DNA of 64,000 nucleotides from Candidatus Sumerlaeaceae bacterium (lineage in GTDB: Bacteria; Sumerlaeota; Sumerlaeia; Sumerlaeales; Sumerlaeaceae), in contig JBPCLP010000047.1 in the NCBI GenBank assembly GCA_051003195.1, forward strand, positions 149,745-213,744. The letters run 5' to 3'. The notes under the pieces were generated by a model. That model saw only the letters and a list, made by a program, of their open reading frames with translations. It made no database searches and was not told the origin of the DNA. The position numbers and the translations under genes were made by a program. The first letter of the stretch is position 1, and every line of letters begins with the position of its first letter. Positions 60,004 to 64,000 of the stretch are shown piece after piece.

Positions 60004-60113
60004 CGAGACACCCTCTAACGTGGGGCGGGCCCGCGCCCGGCAGTGCTCATTAAGCAATAGCACGCTGGGAAAACGCCTCCCGCCCGTAAGGTCAACTGGC
60101 GAGTCGATCTCTT

Positions 60114-63100
60114 TTACTTTCCCTGCCGTCCATTCGCTTTGATCACCGAATCCGAGATGACGCGTTTGGTCAGGTCACCTTCTAAGCCGTTCGGCGCCCG
60201 GTAGCGAGCGGTGACCCGGTATCCGCGAACGGTTTCCGTCCGATTGGTCATGCTGGCCGTTAGGTCCATGACAAACTCCTTAAGCTCTTCAAGGGAACAA
60301 AACCGCACCTTCGCCAATGCACTTTCCTCAAGCTGCTTCAGGGCGAGCTTCTTAATTATGTCGAGGTGCTTTCTCTCGGTCGCGAGAACGAGAATATGAT
60401 CGAAACCCGCCGCGAGACATTTTCTGATGTTTTGGATTTCGTGACCGGCCGAGGTGGTGACCGAGACCTCGCATCCAATCCGGCAGCCATTCCGTTCCAT
60501 GACAATATCGACACTTCCCGTGCCATCGGCGGTCGGTTGTTCAATGGTTGCCCGCCAGCCCATCCCTTCGGACCATAGCTTGATCTGGTTCTGGATCCGC
60601 TTGTGATCCATGCCGCCCCGGCCCAGGTGGGCCGGGGCGGCAGCAACCGTTCTCTTTTGCCGTGGTATAGCGTGTATGACGCCTTCTGGGCTGGCGATTG
60701 GATTGGGAATGACTGGCTCAACCGCCACGGTTTCAGAAACTTCGGGATGCAGCGGATCAGGCGGTCCTGCGGATAACGGTTCGGATGGAGCCACGGCATG
60801 CGAAGTTGCTTCGGTAGGTTCGGACACTGAAGCGGACATTGTCCTCGGCTGCTTCGGAACTCTTCCGTTCGTTGGCTTGCGGGCAACTTCGAGTGCATCC
60901 AGCTCCCGTTCCAATGCAGCATCCACTTCAGCACGTGTGGCGGCATACTTGCTTCGGCTGGATTCAATGATCGTCTCCCGATTTGCCGTGGCACAACCCG
61001 GCTCAATACTCTCAAATCGTGGAACGGCCAGGTTGAAGTCATTATCCGCCCGGCCAATCCGGGCAATGGCTTGTCCGGTGGCCAGATTCAGGAAGTCTTT
61101 CGGCTCGAAAAAGGAAAAGCCCGCCGCCAGTTTGACGGCATCGGCATCCCCCAGCCGGAAGCAGATTCGGGTGTGTGGATTCGCCAGGAGAGAACCGGCG
61201 AATTCAGATTGCCCAAGCTGCCGCAATTCCTGATGGGCCAGGGTCAATCCCAGTTTGTATTTGCGGACTCCCGATAAGATAGAGACCATGCTTGGACAGA
61301 GAAAATGGTGGCACTCATCGACAGTGAGCCAGAACGGCCGCCGTGCTTCCTGCGCCGTGCCTTGCCGGGCTAGCGCAATCTGGTGGAATTTGGAAAGGAG
61401 CAGCGTCCCAAGTAAATACGCGTTTTCTTCTCCGATTGCCCCTTGCGATAGCCGAGCGAGAAAGATTTTCCCGGAATCCATGATGTCTGCAAAGTTGATC
61501 CGGTTTCCCTTCTGTGCCACCATGCGGCGAATCAGCTTGGGTCGAAGAAAACTATCAAGTCGGGTCAGAATTGGTCCAAGCGAACCCCCGCCCTTGAGCA
61601 AGGGAAACTCCCGCTTCCAATAGTATGCAATTTCGCGGTCCTGGATCGATGGAAGAAAGTTTTCCCGGTAGTGCGTGTCGACAAGGAAACGGCGGAGATC
61701 AGCAAGCGTACCTCCGCGAGTGCTCTCCAGAAACGCGAGAATGGCATTCGCAAATACCGAATTCATCTGGTCGCCCCAGCTGGTTGACTGCCGGCGAAAG
61801 ATAGCAACAAGATCAGAAGCGAGGAGATTCTTTTCGAGCTCAGAGTGCGCCTGGAGGATATTGAAACCAACAGGCCATTCTTCGTCGCCGGGATCGACCA
61901 GGACGACATCATCGAGCCGTTCCTTGGGAATCCGAGCAAGGATTTCATCGATCAGGTCACCGTGTGGGTCGAGCACACCTACGCCTTCACCCCGTTCAAT
62001 GTCTTGAAGGATAAGGTTCAGCAAAAAAGTACTCTTGCCAGTCCCGCTGGCTCCCAGCACGTACATGTGGCGCGTGCGCTCGTCCGCTGTCAGTGATACA
62101 TCGCCTGTCTTGCCCAGATGCTCATTGATCCCGAGCACCAATTTTCCATTTGCAGTCGCTGGTGCGGCTTTTGTTCGGCTCACTTCACGAATCAGCTTGC
62201 CCGATCTAACCGATGCGGATGGTGGATGAACCAGTGAAGCCAGCTCTTCACTGGACAGTAGCATCCCGCTGCGGTGCGAACGACGCGCGAGCAGATCGTC
62301 CCGATGCTCGATATCATCGTAGTCTTCGTTGGTCAAAGGGATGAGCGCATTGGTATCGGGACTGCCAAACTGTGCCAGACCGCTACCGATGGCTTGGAGG
62401 AGCTCGAATGGCTCGTCGTCGCCCATGGCCGCAAGGCGAATGCTCGCGGAGTACAGTGGTGAGCCAATTTTTCGCCGCGCCGCAGCCGGAAGCTCAGGTA
62501 ACGTCGCGAATAGCTGTCGGCCATTGGAATCCATAACCGCTCGTAGGACGCTTTCGGCCCAGGGATAACGAACTGGCTGAAAGAGCACCTGGACGACGGC
62601 AAGTTCGTCATCACGCAAAGTACTCATTGCGCCGACGAGGGCTACGAGAGGATCTGGACTAAAGCCGCCAGCAATTCGTAGCGGCACCATGAACTCTCGT
62701 CGCAGTCCAAAGTCTACGATGCTTGCATAACGGCCCGATCGCTCCCAAACTTCTGAGAGAAAGTCGCGTTTCTCAGTCAATACCGCTTCCGGGAAGTACG
62801 ACGCGAGCTGGTTACGTACTTCGCGCAGGTGATGCTCGCGACAGATTATCTGGATGACAATGCTCTGCGACGTGCCGATGATCTCAAAACTCATAGGACA
62901 AGCGCAGTAGCCGAGTGCGGCCAGAAACAGTTCGGCTTCCGACCGGCCAATGGAAAGAGTTGGTGGCAACGCGAGCTGGATTTCGACCAGTGCGCTGTCG
63001 ACGCCTTCGCCAAACGGTTCGGGCCCATACTCCGGCAATTCAATTTCCGGTTCTGGCTCTGGTTCGCGGACGCGGTAAACCCAGCGTTCAATTCGGTTTG

Positions 63101-63350
63101 CAAGCACACTCCAGATAGTCGGTTTTCTCAGATCGTCTACATAAGGCCGTAGACTAGGTGGCTGGAAAAGAAACGGCGTGAATGGCGGTTCAAGTGTCAC
63201 CGCTTCGGGCCAGGTCAACCACCCACGACCACGGATTTCCCATTCATAAAACTGCTCCCGAAAATGATCCGCCTGCGTTTTCACATCCGGCGCTTGCGGT
63301 AGAAGTCGTAGAGAATTGGACTCCGTTCCATCTCGGTCAGGGGCCGACAC
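60114..63350 (-). CDS. Large P-loop NTPase with a type IV coupling protein (TraD/TraG/VirD4)-like core, an N-terminal domain of about 430 aa of unknown function, and a C-terminal extension of about 190 aa.
   Basis: 1078 aa. Walker A YVLGASGTGKST, Walker B WLTVDECHHF, and a T4CP-like motif GLTLAHQELRQL (latQ..QL). No TM helix. The annotated start overlaps the upstream membrane-protein gene by 70 nt, so the true start is probably internal. Confidence 0.6.
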   Translation of the reverse strand: MSAPDRDGTESNSLRLLPQAPDVKTQADHFREQFYEWEIRGRGWLTWPEAVTLEPPFTPFLFQPPSLRPYVDDLRKPTIWSVLANRIERWVYRVREPEPEPEIELPEYGPEPFGEGVDSALVEIQLALPPTLSIGRSEAELFLAALGYCACPMSFEIIGTSQSIVIQIICREHHLREVRNQLASYFPEAVLTEKRDFLSEVWERSGRYASIVDFGLRREFMVPLRIAGGFSPDPLVALVGAMSTLRDDELAVVQVLFQPVRYPWAESVLRAVMDSNGRQLFATLPELPAAARRKIGSPLYSASIRLAAMGDDEPFELLQAIGSGLAQFGSPDTNALIPLTNEDYDDIEHRDDLLARRSHRSGMLLSSEELASLVHPPSASVRSGKLIREVSRTKAAPATANGKLVLGINEHLGKTGDVSLTADERTRHMYVLGASGTGKSTFLLNLILQDIERGEGVGVLDPHGDLIDEILARIPKERLDDVVLVDPGDEEWPVGFNILQAHSELEKNLLASDLVAIFRRQSTSWGDQMNSVFANAILAFLESTRGGTLADLRRFLVDTHYRENFLPSIQDREIAYYWKREFPLLKGGGSLGPILTRLDSFLRPKLIRRMVAQKGNRINFADIMDSGKIFLARLSQGAIGEENAYLLGTLLLSKFHQIALARQGTAQEARRPFWLTVDECHHFLCPSMVSILSGVRKYKLGLTLAHQELRQLGQSEFAGSLLANPHTRICFRLGDADAVKLAAGFSFFEPKDFLNLATGQAIARIGRADNDFNLAVPRFESIEPGCATANRETIIESSRSKYAATRAEVDAALERELDALEVARKPTNGRVPKQPRTMSASVSEPTEATSHAVAPSEPLSAGPPDPLHPEVSETVAVEPVIPNPIASPEGVIHAIPRQKRTVAAAPAHLGRGGMDHKRIQNQIKLWSEGMGWRATIEQPTADGTGSVDIVMERNGCRIGCEVSVTTSAGHEIQNIRKCLAAGFDHILVLATERKHLDIIKKLALKQLEESALAKVRFCSLEELKEFVMDLTASMTNRTETVRGYRVTARYRAPNGLEGDLTKRVISDSVIKANGRQGK

Positions 63351-63949
63351 TCCTTGGCGCCCGTCTGCGCATCGACCACTTCCATGATCGCAGCGTGTAC
63401 CGCCGCCTCATACATCTTTTGGGTGTCCTGGCGGTAGTAGGTCGGCGGCGCGAAGTAGCGCTCCCAAAGGGGGCCAAATAGTAACACGGCGAAGAAGTAT
63501 ACGTTGGCCTCTCGCTCTGCCTGGCTGACGAAGAGTCCTGCCGCGAGCCATTCGAAGATGACCGCCAGTCCCGCGATCAGTGGACCCTGGAACAGTCCGA
63601 ACCAATCATAGGACTGCATGACGGTAAAGGTGATTATCGCCCCGGCAGCAAGTGTTGGGAAAAATGGCGACGGTCGCCCCTCGGCAAACCACCAGGATAC
63701 AAAGAAGCCGGTGCCGAACGGCGCAGCGCAGATGTCGATAACAAAGCGCCCACGCCCCGCGCGCAGGTATTCGCGGTAGGCGGAGAACATCCCGCGTTCC
63801 TGGTAATCAATCCGGCTGCGCCTTAAGTCCGGAACCTCTCGCTTTTTGACCGCCTTTTCGATCGCCTCCAAAAACTCTTCAGCTGACGCCTGAAACCCGT
63901 CGAAGAAATGATGCCAGTTCGATTGTGGTACATACCTCATCGCGCACAT
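63281..63949 (-). CDS. Membrane protein (3-4 TM helices), hypothetical; possibly a partner of the downstream ATPase.
   Basis: 222 aa. Hydrophobic segments FVIDICAAPFGTGFFVSWWF, LAAGAIITFTVM, IAGLAVIFEWLAAGLFV and VYFFAVLLFGPLW. Confidence 0.45.
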   Translation of the reverse strand: MCAMRYVPQSNWHHFFDGFQASAEEFLEAIEKAVKKREVPDLRRSRIDYQERGMFSAYREYLRAGRGRFVIDICAAPFGTGFFVSWWFAEGRPSPFFPTLAAGAIITFTVMQSYDWFGLFQGPLIAGLAVIFEWLAAGLFVSQAEREANVYFFAVLLFGPLWERYFAPPTYYRQDTQKMYEAAVHAAIMEVVDAQTGAKECRPLTEMERSPILYDFYRKRRM

Positions 63950-64000
63950 AGGCTGCTCCTCATGGCTGTACGGCCGGGGTTAGGCCAACAAGTCTTATAG

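Overview
High-GC (about 58-60%) bacterial chromosomal window, gene-dense on both strands. The taxon cannot be fixed from sequence alone; the giant secreted C25/S8/CARDB/SBBP proteins and the prepilin-type protein suggest an Acidobacteria- or Planctomycetes-like soil organism. The housekeeping backbone is: uvrC (5' part), an HDAC-like deacetylase, murC, a GT4 glycosyltransferase, an STAS protein, thpR, a class A PBP, trmD, hisH, trpC, trpD, nadE, gatC, an rfaE2-like heptose adenylyltransferase, an Asp23/AmaP pair, leuS, prs, thrB, and a GH97/PfkB/LacI sugar locus. I found no rRNA, tRNA or CRISPR. The most unusual part is a uniformly minus-strand block at 27181-36752. It encodes an Hsp70 triad (J-like/TPR protein, short GrpE, short-lid Hsp70) whose J domain appears to lack the HPD motif, then a 375-bp structured tandem repeat array, a small ORF, and a low-GC HExxH (DUF4157-like) zincin gene. 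The zincin gene is translationally linked to four tandem paralogous acidic proteins of about 300 aa built from 11-residue amphipathic repeats, followed by a hairpin repeat element and a low-GC small membrane protein. Two dispersed repeat families (a REP-like hairpin family and a structured unit of about 130 bp) recur in intergenic gaps across the window. Other notable loci are a cNMP-binding Ser/Thr kinase placed convergently with a Zn-ribbon adenylate cyclase-STAND ATPase-TPR protein, and two secreted multidomain peptidases of about 1700 aa each (C25-like and S8). The 3' end of the window looks like an integrated mobile element: AT-rich cargo with Cys-rich secreted proteins, a prepilin-like protein, a large serine recombinase, and a T4CP-like ATPase of 1078 aa with unusual extensions plus a membrane protein.
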